Assembly (NCBI GenBank): GCA_025839675.1
Contig: CP104013.1
Location: 60,001-92,000, forward strand
DNA from: Candidatus Lokiarchaeum ossiferum
GTDB taxonomy: Archaea > Asgardarchaeota > Lokiarchaeia > Sigyniarchaeales > Promethearchaeaceae
DNA length: 32,000 nt
Direction: 5' to 3'
Below are positions 15,243 through 25,376 of the stretch, piece after piece (positions within the stretch are counted from its first letter, which is position 1; every line of letters starts with the position of its first letter). The notes under the pieces are model-generated. The model saw nothing but the letters and a program-made list of their open reading frames with translations, did no database searches and was not told the origin of the DNA. Made by a program: the position numbers and the translations under genes.

Positions 15243-17354
15243 TTATCTAATTAGGGATCCGTTGGGGGCATCAGAACCAGGTCTTATTAGAGCGGCTCCT
15301 TTTTTCTTCATATCTGCTGCTAATAACATTCCATTTGATTCAATTCCGCGAATTGCTTTGGGTTCTAAATTTGTTAATACTGTAACTTGGGTTCCTTTGA
15401 TTTCTTCAGGAGAATATTGTTTTGCGATCCCAGCAACAATGGTTCGAGGTTTCTCTTCCCCAATATCTACTTGAAGGAGTAATAAATTCTTACTATCTGG
15501 AACATTTTCTGCAGTGATTACGGTTCCAACTCGCAAATCTAATTTTGTGAAGGTATCATAGTCAATAGTTGGTTTTTGTTTGCTTGATTTCTTCTTTCCA
15601 TTTTGCTTAGATGTTCCTTCTTCAGTATTTTCTTCTTCGGGTTTTCCTTGCATTCGATTGAGTTTCTTTTTCAATTCTTTAATATCAAGTTTCTGAAAAA
15701 GAGGTTTCGCCTTTGGGATAGATTGACCCACAGGTACTTTCAATTCTGAGGCGGAATCCCATAATACATCGTTAATTGATTCTTGACTTCCAATGGCAAT
15801 AAATATTTTTTGTGATATGCCTGGAATGTATGGTTGTAATAAAATTCCAATTGTTCTGACCATTTGAATTGATAAATTGAAGGTGTGACCTGCTTTTATT
15901 TTATTTGTTTTTATCATTTTCCATGGCGCTTTGTTGTTGATATAGATATTTCCTTGTCTTGCAATTCCAATAATTTCATTTAATGCTTCTTTCAACTTAA
16001 AGCGTTCAAGTAAATCTCCAACTATTTTGGAACTGGTTATTATCGTCTCAATGAGTTTTTGATCTTCTTCATCTAATTCACTCTCTTTGGGACCTTCAGG
16101 TACTTTTCCATCATATTGTCGACCAATGAAGGTTAAAGTTCGATGAATGAAGTTACCGATGATATCATTAACTTCTAAAACATCTTTTTCAAATTGATCC
16201 CATAAAAAATTGGTATCTTGCTTTTCCGGACGATTTCGTAGTAAGCTATATCTCCAATATTCCACGGGAGCTAATTCTAAAGCGTCATCAATCCAAATTC
16301 CAATTTTTCGAGATTTGGAAAATTTATCATTTTCATAATTTAAGAATTCGGTGGAACTGACATTGAAAGGCATGGTTAATTGCTTTTCTGGGGGTAAACC
16401 TTTGTTGTATGCCACTAATAAGCCAGGAAATATAATTAAATGAAATATTATGTTATCTTTCCCGATGAAATATACTGAACGTGTATTAGGATCATTCCAA
16501 AAATAGGAAAATTTAGAAGGATCTTTCTTAATTATTTCAGCCCACTCTTTCACTGCTGATACATATCCTAAAACCGCTTCAAACCATACATAGATTGATT
16601 TATTTTCTGATCCTTCAAAGGGTGCAGGAATTCCCCATTCCAAATCACGTGTAATTGCACGGCTTGGTAATCCTTCCTTTAGAAAATTAAGAGATGCAGA
16701 ACGAGCATTCGAGGGGAGATATTCGTTATCTTCTATGAATCCGCGGATACCTTCTTCAGTTTTGCCAAAATCTAAATACCAATGTTTCGTTCGTTTTTTA
16801 ATCGGAGTTTGTTTGCAATGTTTACAATGGACATTTATTAGATCTTCTGGTTCTAATAATTTCCCACAAGCATCACATTGATCTCCTCTTGCATTTTCTG
16901 ATTGGCAATGTGGACATGTTCCTTCCACAAAACGATCGGGAAGATATAATTTATCATGCTCACAGTAAAAGACATCATCTTCTTTGGTAGATACTAATCC
17001 ATTTTCTTCAACTTGTTTGTAAAAATTTTGTATGAACTGAATATGGGTTGGATTATGAGTATGTGTATAATTATCATACGAAATGTTCCATTTTAGAAAA
17101 AGATCTTTAATCTTTGCATGATTGATCTTAGTCAACTCTTCAGGGGTAATATTTTGTTCAATTGCACTCACTGCTACAGGAGTTCCATGCTCATCACTTC
17201 CAGAAACATAAATCGCTTCATCACCTTTTGATCGGACATACCGAACAAAAACATCTCCTGATAAAACACTGCCAATTAAATTTCCTAAATGAGGTGTTGC
17301 GTTGACGTATGGCCAAGCGCTAGTAATTATCCATTTTCTTTTTTTGCTTTCCAT
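15243..17354 (-). CDS. metG: Methionine--tRNA ligase with C-terminal Trbp111/EMAP-II-like tRNA-binding domain
   Basis: HIGH motif (PHLGNLIGS), KMSKS motif (KFSKSR), and zinc knuckles (CPHCQS..CDACG, CKHCK). The C-terminal OB fold is LDLRVGTVITAE...VDIGEEKPRTIVAGI. The track start at 17363 is GTG. The ATG at 17354 is preceded by AGGTG (17361..17365) and is preferred. Confidence 0.95.
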   Translation of the reverse strand: MESKKRKWIITSAWPYVNATPHLGNLIGSVLSGDVFVRYVRSKGDEAIYVSGSDEHGTPVAVSAIEQNITPEELTKINHAKIKDLFLKWNISYDNYTHTHNPTHIQFIQNFYKQVEENGLVSTKEDDVFYCEHDKLYLPDRFVEGTCPHCQSENARGDQCDACGKLLEPEDLINVHCKHCKQTPIKKRTKHWYLDFGKTEEGIRGFIEDNEYLPSNARSASLNFLKEGLPSRAITRDLEWGIPAPFEGSENKSIYVWFEAVLGYVSAVKEWAEIIKKDPSKFSYFWNDPNTRSVYFIGKDNIIFHLIIFPGLLVAYNKGLPPEKQLTMPFNVSSTEFLNYENDKFSKSRKIGIWIDDALELAPVEYWRYSLLRNRPEKQDTNFLWDQFEKDVLEVNDIIGNFIHRTLTFIGRQYDGKVPEGPKESELDEEDQKLIETIITSSKIVGDLLERFKLKEALNEIIGIARQGNIYINNKAPWKMIKTNKIKAGHTFNLSIQMVRTIGILLQPYIPGISQKIFIAIGSQESINDVLWDSASELKVPVGQSIPKAKPLFQKLDIKELKKKLNRMQGKPEEENTEEGTSKQNGKKKSSKQKPTIDYDTFTKLDLRVGTVITAENVPDSKNLLLLQVDIGEEKPRTIVAGIAKQYSPEEIKGTQVTVLTNLEPKAIRGIESNGMLLAADMKKKGAALIRPGSDAPNGSLIR

Positions 17355-17462
17355 TATTCTCACCTAAGGCACTAATATTGAGATAAAATGTATGCTAACA
17401 GATTAATTTTTTCTATCATACAACTATCTCGTTCATTAAGATGTGTTATTTTTGCGAATTTA

Positions 17463-17509
17463 TAAAATTTCTGCTTCAAATTTCTTCAATATTATTAAAA
17501 TTTCTGCTT
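17463..17509. repeat. Perfect 14-nt direct repeat TAAAATTTCTGCTT (17463..17476 and 17496..17509) in the metG upstream region
   Basis: Read directly. The period is 33 bp, 109 to 155 nt upstream of the metG ATG. The second copy is flanked by 9-bp inverted repeats TTCAATATT (17485..17493) and AATATTGAA (17521..17529). Confidence 0.6.
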
Positions 17510-17843
17510 TAGCTCTCTGAAATATTGAAATATCTCTTGAATTACTAATTTCTTTTCAATTTTGAAATTAACAAATATATTTTTCCAGAAATTGTTGCAT
17601 TTCAATCATTATCTCTCAAAATTTGGTCTCAAGATCAATATGAAAGATAAATCCTATTAAATTGTTAAATGCAACTAGTAGTGCATCGATTTTTGGGTCA
17701 TCATTATTTGGGTTCTAAAAATTCTTGGAACATAAAATTGTTGATGGATAAAATGTAATGAGACCATTAAAATATTAAAAGATTAATTGCCAATTAAATT
17801 GATTGAAAATTCAATAGTTGTTGATTACTGGATAGTTCATATA

Positions 17844-19019
17844 TTAAACTATTTTTCCACCACAATTTTCACAAGATTTGTCTTTATCATACATATCCTT
17901 TAGACAACTAACGTGATACTTTGCGGAACAGCGATTGCATCGAAATACTTTGTCATTTTTTTCTTTTGCATTGATTTCTTTAAAACAGAAACTACATTCG
18001 AAATTTGTATTGATCAAATTTTGGGGCTTGATTCGAATCATTTTAGTGGTGTTATCTTTCTCATCGAAATTTATTTTTTTTACTTCTATCCCTTTTATTA
18101 TCTCTTTCGGCAGTTTTAATAACGTATAACAATAAGGGCACCGAAAAATGTTTTCTCCTTCCGAAGACTTCTTTGCCCAAACACCAGCACAATGGAGATG
18201 CATTGGAGTATCACAATGTGGACAAAGACGCCCTGTTAAAATAAAAGACAAATTGTTAATTGGACTATTCCGAGAAAAGCAAATCTGACATTTTATTGTG
18301 CTATTTCTTTTTTTAATTTCTTGAAATTCTTCTTCGGTTGGAAAACGTAAATATTCTGCTATTTCTGAAAGTTGTTCTTTATTTTTTGCTCTTAAAGAAA
18401 GCATTTGAAATGAAACATTATCAGTCTTTTGTTGAAGAGCAAAATTTCTAATACCTTTGAGTATACCTTTTTTTGAATGAAACTTCATAAAGGTACCATT
18501 TGTGGGAGTGACTAATTGGAGATATTCTGTCTCATTTATTGTATGGGATTTGTCCGAATAAACAAGTACATCAAATTTAACACCTAATTGTGTTAAAACT
18601 GGTATATATTTGGCAATCTCTGGGGTAAAATGAAAATCATAGCAGTCTGTAATTAAAAATACATGATTTGATTGTCCTCCGATAATTTGGATTTGATCCT
18701 TCAATATCTGAATGGCATTCTCTATGGAAAAAGTTAATTCTGCAATACTTCCTTGAGGAGGGTGATTATTAACAAATTTTTTTGAGGCGATTTGAGATAA
18801 TAGTGAACTTGTATCTTTTGTTAATCCAGAAAGCACGGTTGTTTCTTTTCCAAAGATGAAGAGACTGATAAAAGACGCATGATCAACTTGATTTTTGGTT
18901 TCAATAAATTCCTTTACTCCCTTCAAGGCGACATGAAATCGATTTGGTCTAAAATCTTTAATCGCAGTGGATTTAGTGTTGTCTAAAAGAATTACAAAAT
19001 TTTCAACGTTTTCATCCAT
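17844..19019 (-). CDS. Rpn10/TFIIH-p44(Ssl1)-type vWA domain protein with two C-terminal C4HC3 (PHD/RING-CH-like) zinc fingers
   Basis: 391 aa. N-terminal VILLDNTKSTAIKDFRPNRFHVALKGVKEFIE parallels Rpn10 VLVIDNSEYSRNGDFPRTRFEAQIDSVEFI and p44 [31 protein letters not shown]. Finger 1 is C244-x2-C-x18-C-x2-C-x4-H-x2-C-x16-C-x2-C (18129..18290). Finger 2 is C342-x2-C-x15-C-x2-C-x4-H-x2-C-x10-C-x2-C (17862..17996). Confidence 0.8.
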   Translation of the reverse strand: MDENVENFVILLDNTKSTAIKDFRPNRFHVALKGVKEFIETKNQVDHASFISLFIFGKETTVLSGLTKDTSSLLSQIASKKFVNNHPPQGSIAELTFSIENAIQILKDQIQIIGGQSNHVFLITDCYDFHFTPEIAKYIPVLTQLGVKFDVLVYSDKSHTINETEYLQLVTPTNGTFMKFHSKKGILKGIRNFALQQKTDNVSFQMLSLRAKNKEQLSEIAEYLRFPTEEEFQEIKKRNSTIKCQICFSRNSPINNLSFILTGRLCPHCDTPMHLHCAGVWAKKSSEGENIFRCPYCYTLLKLPKEIIKGIEVKKINFDEKDNTTKMIRIKPQNLINTNFECSFCFKEINAKEKNDKVFRCNRCSAKYHVSCLKDMYDKDKSCENCGGKIV

Positions 19020-19485
19020 TATTTACAATTTATTTTTTACTCGTATAAAGATGTTGGGGACTAACAGAAATGTAATACAGGTGAATTTAGTGCTATTGAT
19101 TAACATTCTCTGTTATTAAAAAGAGAAAGAAATATCATACATAATTTTACTCGAAATATAAAGAAAAGGAGTAAAAAAACTCGATAATCACTAAAAACTT
19201 TCTACATTGCACAGTTTTGATAAAATAAATATGCTCGTAGTTCAAAAGTTCCATATTTTCTCACTATGTCTTTGGACCAAAAATGAAATTGCATAATATA
19301 GACTCTGAATATTTCAACTCTCTGTCTCGAATTAGTGCTTTATTTAGTACTTTTAGAAAATTGATTTTAATTTATTCATCGGCCATTAATTGTGCTAATA
19401 AACAGCAAATCACTGAAAGAATATCAACTATTCGGTCGAAATAAGTGAAAAAAGAAAAAAAGGCTGAAGTAATAGTAATCCATTT

Positions 19486-20928
19486 TTACGCAAAGCTTGA
19501 AAAAACACGTTCAAATCTAACAAGCGCATCGTCGATTACATCATCTGTATCTGTCATGTTTGTATATAATCTACTTCCCGCTAATGTGATCATCCCTTCG
19601 GCCATATAAGCGGCACCAATCTCGTGCATGGCTGCCTTTCGACTAAATGCATCTTCTAAAGCGCCATTTTTTGCCATGTCAACTAACATTGCTCCAGCTG
19701 TTTCAACATGGCATAATGAACCTTGATTATAGGCCACAAAAGGCAAATCAAATTGATCAATCAACTTTTGGACTCCGTTAATCAATCGATCTCCTGCTAG
19801 GGCTGCCTTATAATAAGCTTCTGTGCGTTCAATTTCCTTAATTGCCCAATAGCCCGCTACACAAGTTAATGGGTTCGCAGAAAGCGTGCCTCCAACATAG
19901 GCCCTTTGTTTCCCTGTTTCAACACCTGCTGCCGCACAACTTACAATATCAGCTCTTCCACCTATTCCACCTGCCATAGGGTAACCCCCAGCAATTATTT
20001 TCCCAAAGGTTGTTAAATCTGGTTTTACACCAAAATAACCTTGGGCACCTCCCATTCCTGATCTAAAGCCAGTAACCACTTCATCAAACACCAATAAAGT
20101 CTCGAATTCATCGCATAATTCCCGTGCTTGTTTGCAAAATTCTTTATCTCGAGGTCGTGTTCCAGATTCAGGACCAAATGGTTCTAAAAAGACTGCAGCT
20201 GTTCCTCCGCGCTTCACATTTTTAACTAATAAAGTTCTTAATTCTTCAATATCATTTGGGAAAAATTCTTGAGTATTTTTTAGACAACCGTGTGGAATCC
20301 CATGAGCTTCATAATCTGCAGTTCCTGGTATGTGCAATCCATAAACAAATTGATCACTCCAACCATGATACGCCCCTCCTTCTTTTATTATTTTTTTCTT
20401 TCCTGTAAATACTCTTGCCAATCTCGCAATTCCCATATCAGCTTCAGTACCACTTCCAAGTAATCGAATCATTTCGACATTTGGCATGTGGTGGTTGATT
20501 AATTCTGCTATCTTCAATTCATATTCATGGAATAATCCCGTAACGGGTCCACATGAATTGAGCACATCAATAACCTTATCTCTAACAGGCTTCCAATTAC
20601 TTCCAAGAAGTGTTGGACCTCCTGCCTGCAAAAAGTCTATATATTTATTTCCGTCTTTATCCCACATAAAGGCCCCATCTGCTTTTTCGATACAGATGGG
20701 AAAAGGATAATTGAAAGCTAAATTATGTTGTACTCCTCCAGGAATAAATTTTTTTGCCAGAGTTGTAATTTCTTTGGATTTTTGACATTTGGTCTCAAAA
20801 TATTGGAGATAATTGTCCATGACTCCGTCTTTGAAGGTTCGTAAATCTTGACTTACCAAAATATCTAATTTTGACCGGATTTCGTTCGCATCTGGCCAAT
20901 GAGTGAGTCCGTATTTGTGTTCGGTCAT
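19486..20928 (-). CDS. Class III PLP-dependent aminotransferase, glutamate-1-semialdehyde 2,1-aminomutase (HemL)-like
   Basis: GSGTEADMGIARLARVFTGKKKIIKEGGAYHG and FDEVVTGFRSGMGGAQGYFGVKPDLTTFGKIIAGGYP (Schiff-base Lys in TFGK) closely parallel HemL. An about 50-aa N-terminal extension is present. The track start at 20937 is GTG and the ATG is at 20928. Confidence 0.85.
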   Translation of the reverse strand: MTEHKYGLTHWPDANEIRSKLDILVSQDLRTFKDGVMDNYLQYFETKCQKSKEITTLAKKFIPGGVQHNLAFNYPFPICIEKADGAFMWDKDGNKYIDFLQAGGPTLLGSNWKPVRDKVIDVLNSCGPVTGLFHEYELKIAELINHHMPNVEMIRLLGSGTEADMGIARLARVFTGKKKIIKEGGAYHGWSDQFVYGLHIPGTADYEAHGIPHGCLKNTQEFFPNDIEELRTLLVKNVKRGGTAAVFLEPFGPESGTRPRDKEFCKQARELCDEFETLLVFDEVVTGFRSGMGGAQGYFGVKPDLTTFGKIIAGGYPMAGGIGGRADIVSCAAAGVETGKQRAYVGGTLSANPLTCVAGYWAIKEIERTEAYYKAALAGDRLINGVQKLIDQFDLPFVAYNQGSLCHVETAGAMLVDMAKNGALEDAFSRKAAMHEIGAAYMAEGMITLAGSRLYTNMTDTDDVIDDALVRFERVFSSFA

Positions 20929-21246
20929 TATTTTCACTTTAAAGAATTCCTAAGCTATAAATATTATTGCTCTTATCGTTCTTTTAGTTGATGTGTTTAA
21001 AAAACTCTCAGCAACGATTTTCAAAAAATTCTCACAAACTATTTTGTTCAAAAATAATTTTTCACCGTTCATAAGGAAGAGTTTTGGAGTTAATTTCATA
21101 TTTCAATAAATAAAAGTACAAAGATGTGCACATAATTCCACCAAAGTTCAATTAAAAATTCAAAAAATTAAGTCAATTTGGAAAAGAAGTATGAAAAAAA
21201 AAGGTAAATTGAATCCTTTTTAAAATAGGTTGGTCATTCAATTTTT

Positions 21247-23481
21247 TTATAATGCATCTAAAGCATTATTGAATGTTTCACTTGGACACATTGCCTTTAT
21301 TGCCAATTCTTCAACAGGTTTATAATATCCTCCGATATCAATCGGTTTACCTTGTACTGCAAGTAATTCATTGGCAATTTTTGACTCATTTTCAGCTAAG
21401 GTTTTTGCTAGGTTGGTGAATTTATTTTTCATTTCTTCATCCTTAGTTTGTGAAACTAGTTCTTGAGCCCAATACATCGCTAAATAGAAATGAGATCCTC
21501 GATTATCTATTTCATTAACTTTTCGAGAAGGAGATCTGTTATTATCTAAATATTTTTCAACGGCTTTATCAAGTGTTTCAGAAAGAAGAAGTGCCTTTGG
21601 ATTATTAGTTCTTTTACCTATATGAGTTAATGAACCAGGTAAAGCCATGAATTCTCCTAAGGAATCCCACCGTAAATGATTTTCTGCCATGAATTGTTGC
21701 ACGTGTTTTGGAGCTGAACCACCCGCCCCTGTTTCAAATAAGCCTCCCCCATTCATTAATGGCACGATAGAAAGCATCTTTGCACTTGTCCCAACTTCAA
21801 GGATTGGAAAAAGATCTGTAAGATAATCTCGAAGCACATTACCAGTTACTGCAATAGCGTCTTTTCCTTGATGGATAATTTCACAGGCATTTTGAGTTGC
21901 GTCATCTGGAGCCATTATTTTTATGTCTAATCCCGTTGTATCATGATCTTTCAAATATACATTGACCTTCTTAATGAGTTCTGCATCATGGGCTCGATTT
22001 TCATCTAACCAGAATACCGTTGGAAAGCCCGTTGTTCGTGCTCGATTCACAGTTAATTTTACCCAATCTTGAACTGGTAAATCTTTTGTTTGACACATTC
22101 GGAAAAGATCACCATCTTCAACTTTTCGTTCAAGTAAAACTTCATTAGATTCAGATAAAACTTGAACAACTCCTTGACCATGAATTTCAAAAGTTTTGTT
22201 ATGGGAGCCATATTCTTCCGCTTTTTGTGCCATTAAACCAATATTTTGGACAGATCCCATAGTTGAAGGATTAAATGCACCATGCTCTTTACAAAAGTCA
22301 ATGGTTTTTTGAAAAACTCCCGCATAGCTACTGTCTGGGATAACGAATTTGGTATCATAAGCCTTACCATCTGGACCCCACATCTGTCCACCATTTCGAA
22401 TAGCTGCAGGCATAGAAGCATCTATGATAACATCGCTTGGAACGTGAAGGTTTGTGATACCTTTATCAGAATTAACCATTGCAAGCTTGGGGTTCTTTGA
22501 ATAACACGCATCAATATCATCATTTATTTCTTTTTGTTTTTCAGAAGATAAACTTTTGATTTTAGCATAAAGTTCTCCTAATCCATTATTTGGACTGATA
22601 CCAAGTTGTTTAAATGTTTCCGCATGTTTTTCAAATACCTCTTTGAAGTATACTGAGACCACATGCCCAAAAATGATTGGATCAGAAACTTTCATCATAG
22701 TTGCTTTCAAATGAATTGAAAATAGTATTTCTTTTTCTTTTGCATCCTTTACTTGTTCTTCTAAAAAGGTTCGTAAAGCATTTTTACTCATGGCTGAAGC
22801 ATCAATAATCTCTCCGGGGATTAATGGTAATTTTCCTAAAAGAACTGTCTTTTTACCTGTTGTATCAATAAATTCGATTCTACTATTACCCGCTGTTTGC
22901 TCGGTTATAGTTTTGGAAATCTCGGTGGTTCTAAGATCTCCTGCTTTCATTGTTGCAACATGAGATTTGGATTCTTTAGTCCATTTACCCATTGAATGCG
23001 GATTTTTTTTAGCATAATTTTTAACCGGAGTAGGAACTCGTCGATCAGAATTCCCCATTCTTACTACAGGATTTACGGCACTTCCCTTAACAATATTGAA
23101 TGTTTTTTGAATCTTCTTTTCTTCATCTGTTTGAGGATCCTCTGGATAATCTGGAATCTTGTAACCTTTTTCTTGTAATTCTTTAACTGCTGCTTTTATC
23201 TGTGGAATTGATGCACTGATATTTGGAAGTTTAATTATATTCGCTTCTGGTTGGAGAACTAATTCTCCTAATTCTTCTAAGGCATTCGGTTGTCGTTGCT
23301 CTTCGGTTAAGTATTGAGGGAAATTAGCAATTATTCTTCCTGCCAAAGAGATATCCTTCGTTTCTATTTCGATCCCTGCCACTTCTGTGAATTTCTTGAC
23401 AATTGGAAGTAAAGAATAGGTGGCTAGCCGTGGAGCTTCGTCTACTCTTGTATAAATAATTTTTTCATTAGATTGAGTCAT
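21247..23481 (-). CDS. icd: Monomeric-type NADP-dependent isocitrate dehydrogenase (about 740 aa class)
   Basis: [66 protein letters not shown] and [18 protein letters not shown] match the remembered Corynebacterium/Azotobacter monomeric IDH almost block for block. The track start at 23493 is GTG. The ATG at 23481 ([11 protein letters not shown]) is preferred. Confidence 0.9.
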   Translation of the reverse strand: MTQSNEKIIYTRVDEAPRLATYSLLPIVKKFTEVAGIEIETKDISLAGRIIANFPQYLTEEQRQPNALEELGELVLQPEANIIKLPNISASIPQIKAAVKELQEKGYKIPDYPEDPQTDEEKKIQKTFNIVKGSAVNPVVRMGNSDRRVPTPVKNYAKKNPHSMGKWTKESKSHVATMKAGDLRTTEISKTITEQTAGNSRIEFIDTTGKKTVLLGKLPLIPGEIIDASAMSKNALRTFLEEQVKDAKEKEILFSIHLKATMMKVSDPIIFGHVVSVYFKEVFEKHAETFKQLGISPNNGLGELYAKIKSLSSEKQKEINDDIDACYSKNPKLAMVNSDKGITNLHVPSDVIIDASMPAAIRNGGQMWGPDGKAYDTKFVIPDSSYAGVFQKTIDFCKEHGAFNPSTMGSVQNIGLMAQKAEEYGSHNKTFEIHGQGVVQVLSESNEVLLERKVEDGDLFRMCQTKDLPVQDWVKLTVNRARTTGFPTVFWLDENRAHDAELIKKVNVYLKDHDTTGLDIKIMAPDDATQNACEIIHQGKDAIAVTGNVLRDYLTDLFPILEVGTSAKMLSIVPLMNGGGLFETGAGGSAPKHVQQFMAENHLRWDSLGEFMALPGSLTHIGKRTNNPKALLLSETLDKAVEKYLDNNRSPSRKVNEIDNRGSHFYLAMYWAQELVSQTKDEEMKNKFTNLAKTLAENESKIANELLAVQGKPIDIGGYYKPVEELAIKAMCPSETFNNALDAL

Positions 23482-23542
23482 GATATGAGTCACTTTTTAT
23501 AATTTTGTTTTGAAAAAATAAAAAAAAGAAAAAGAATGGGGT

Positions 23543-25375
23543 TTAATCGTAAAGGATTTCATCCCAAGGTTGACGATAGAGTCGTGATCGTTGTCGTTTT
23601 TGATCAAAAACATGTCCCATCATACCAATAGATCGCCCTAATACAAAAAGACCATTCAATGCTTCACTGGAGATAACATCATCTTTTTCGTCAGTAGTGA
23701 AATCTAAGTTCTCCAATAAATCTAAGAAACAAATTCCAATACACCCATCAACATTCAAAATTAAGTTATTTCGTTTTGATGTTGTTAGTTTTTCTACTTC
23801 TAAAGCATAATCAAGGTATGGATGTTTTGGGAAATTTTTCATTACATAGTCTTTCAAAAGAACTACACGGACATCAGGATTTTGGACAGATTTGATCCGA
23901 TGGCCAATTCCAGGGATATTTTTCTTCTCTACTTTCTTCATATAAGAAATAAATTCAGTAGGGCTCATTCCTTTATCATAAGCCATTCGGAAGTATCGAG
24001 CACCATCAGAAATCGCACCACCGAATCGTGGTCCAATGGTTAGAATACCTGTGGCTAAGGAAGACATTAAATCCTTGCCTGCACGAGCTGTGACTATTGC
24101 ATTGTGGGCACCACTTACTGCTGGACCATGGTCTGCTGTAAGTTTAATTACCATTTCAACATACTCTTGAGCATAATCAGGTAATTCTTTCTTAAACCAA
24201 AGCATTCCAATAACATATCCTAAAGATTTATTTTCTTTGATAATAGCATCTAACCCTTTCTTATTATAGGTTGGAACATCTCCTCTATCATCAGAAATGC
24301 TGACAACAACATCAGTTGGTCTCCGTACTAAACCTTCTTTGAGTGCTTGAGCAAAGTCCATTGGAATCTTTGGTGGTTCAACTTCAACAATTTCTTCAAT
24401 TTTTCCCTCAGATTTGAGTTTATTGAATACTTCAGCAATTAATTCTCCAAAATGATCATAAGTACTTGGCACATGGGCTCCAGCTTCTTTTAATGCCTTA
24501 TTTTTCGCTTCTGCTGTTTCTAAATCACTCCCAGCCATGGCACCTGCATGTCCGAATTGTAATCCCTTTGGTAAAATTTTGGCAGCCGTTCCAGTTACCC
24601 AAATAACTAAAGGTTTAGTTATTTGCTTTGTTTTTAAAGCTTCCACAATTTTATATTCGTCAGTTCCCCCGATTTCACCGAGACATACTAACATTTTGAT
24701 CTTGGGATTTTTCTCATATCGTAATAAGTGATCAATTAACGAAGCACCAGGATATCGGTCTCCACCAATTGCAATACTCTCAAAGATACCATCGGAATTT
24801 TGGGCAATCATGAAGTTCATTTCATTGCTCATTCCACCTGATTTGGAAACAAATCCGACTGAACCAGGGCGATACATTTTTGAGAGTATAACATTCTCGG
24901 TAGTTCCAGCGGTGTTTCCAATCTTGAAAGCACCAGCACGAATTCCTCCAACAGTTGCAGGACCAATGATCATTTTATTTCGATCACGGGCTATTTTTCC
25001 TAAAATTCGACTTTGACGTTCTGGAATTCCTTCAGCAATAATTGCAACCGTACGGATAGAGTCTGTTTCCAATGCTTCTTTACTCGTCTCGAATGAAGAA
25101 CGGAATGAAGCAAAATTTACTACTACATCAGCATTAGGGTGTCTTTCAGCTGCAAGTTTAAATGATTTATATACTGGGATGATTATTTCTTTTACTCCAA
25201 AGAATACTTTGTGAGTTGCTACTGCAGGTCCTTGGGTTGGTCGAATAACGGCTGCTACAGAAGGTGTTTCACGTCGGCAGACATAATCGAAATCGATCAT
25301 CCGTTGGATTGCTTTGGTTTGAAAACCATAAACTATGGCTTGGGTCTTTTCATTAAATAATTCGTAATCTTCCAT
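23543..25375 (-). CDS. aclA: ATP-citrate lyase alpha subunit (CoA-binding/phosphohistidine domain plus citrate-synthase-like citryl-CoA lyase domain)
   Basis: 610 aa. The phospho-His loop is FGHAGAMAGS. The succinyl-CoA-synthetase-alpha-like N-terminal half includes GPATVGG and SKSGGMSNE. The C-terminal citrate-synthase-like region is TADHGPAVSGAHN. The ATG lies 1 nt after the aclB stop (TAA-A-ATG). Confidence 0.92.
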   Translation of the reverse strand: MEDYELFNEKTQAIVYGFQTKAIQRMIDFDYVCRRETPSVAAVIRPTQGPAVATHKVFFGVKEIIIPVYKSFKLAAERHPNADVVVNFASFRSSFETSKEALETDSIRTVAIIAEGIPERQSRILGKIARDRNKMIIGPATVGGIRAGAFKIGNTAGTTENVILSKMYRPGSVGFVSKSGGMSNEMNFMIAQNSDGIFESIAIGGDRYPGASLIDHLLRYEKNPKIKMLVCLGEIGGTDEYKIVEALKTKQITKPLVIWVTGTAAKILPKGLQFGHAGAMAGSDLETAEAKNKALKEAGAHVPSTYDHFGELIAEVFNKLKSEGKIEEIVEVEPPKIPMDFAQALKEGLVRRPTDVVVSISDDRGDVPTYNKKGLDAIIKENKSLGYVIGMLWFKKELPDYAQEYVEMVIKLTADHGPAVSGAHNAIVTARAGKDLMSSLATGILTIGPRFGGAISDGARYFRMAYDKGMSPTEFISYMKKVEKKNIPGIGHRIKSVQNPDVRVVLLKDYVMKNFPKHPYLDYALEVEKLTTSKRNNLILNVDGCIGICFLDLLENLDFTTDEKDDVISSEALNGLFVLGRSIGMMGHVFDQKRQRSRLYRQPWDEILYD

Positions 25376-25376
25376 T

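Noticed and set aside
17355-17363. GTG or TTG starts proposed by the ORF track for metG (17363), icd (23493), the aminotransferase (20937), the ThiS-like gene (31099), the 169-aa ORF (10194) and the MFS gene (31965)
   Set aside because: In each case an ATG a few codons downstream matches the conserved N-terminus better or has a better ribosome-binding site. For the MFS gene the frame continues open to the window edge. The upstream codons are most likely 5' UTR.
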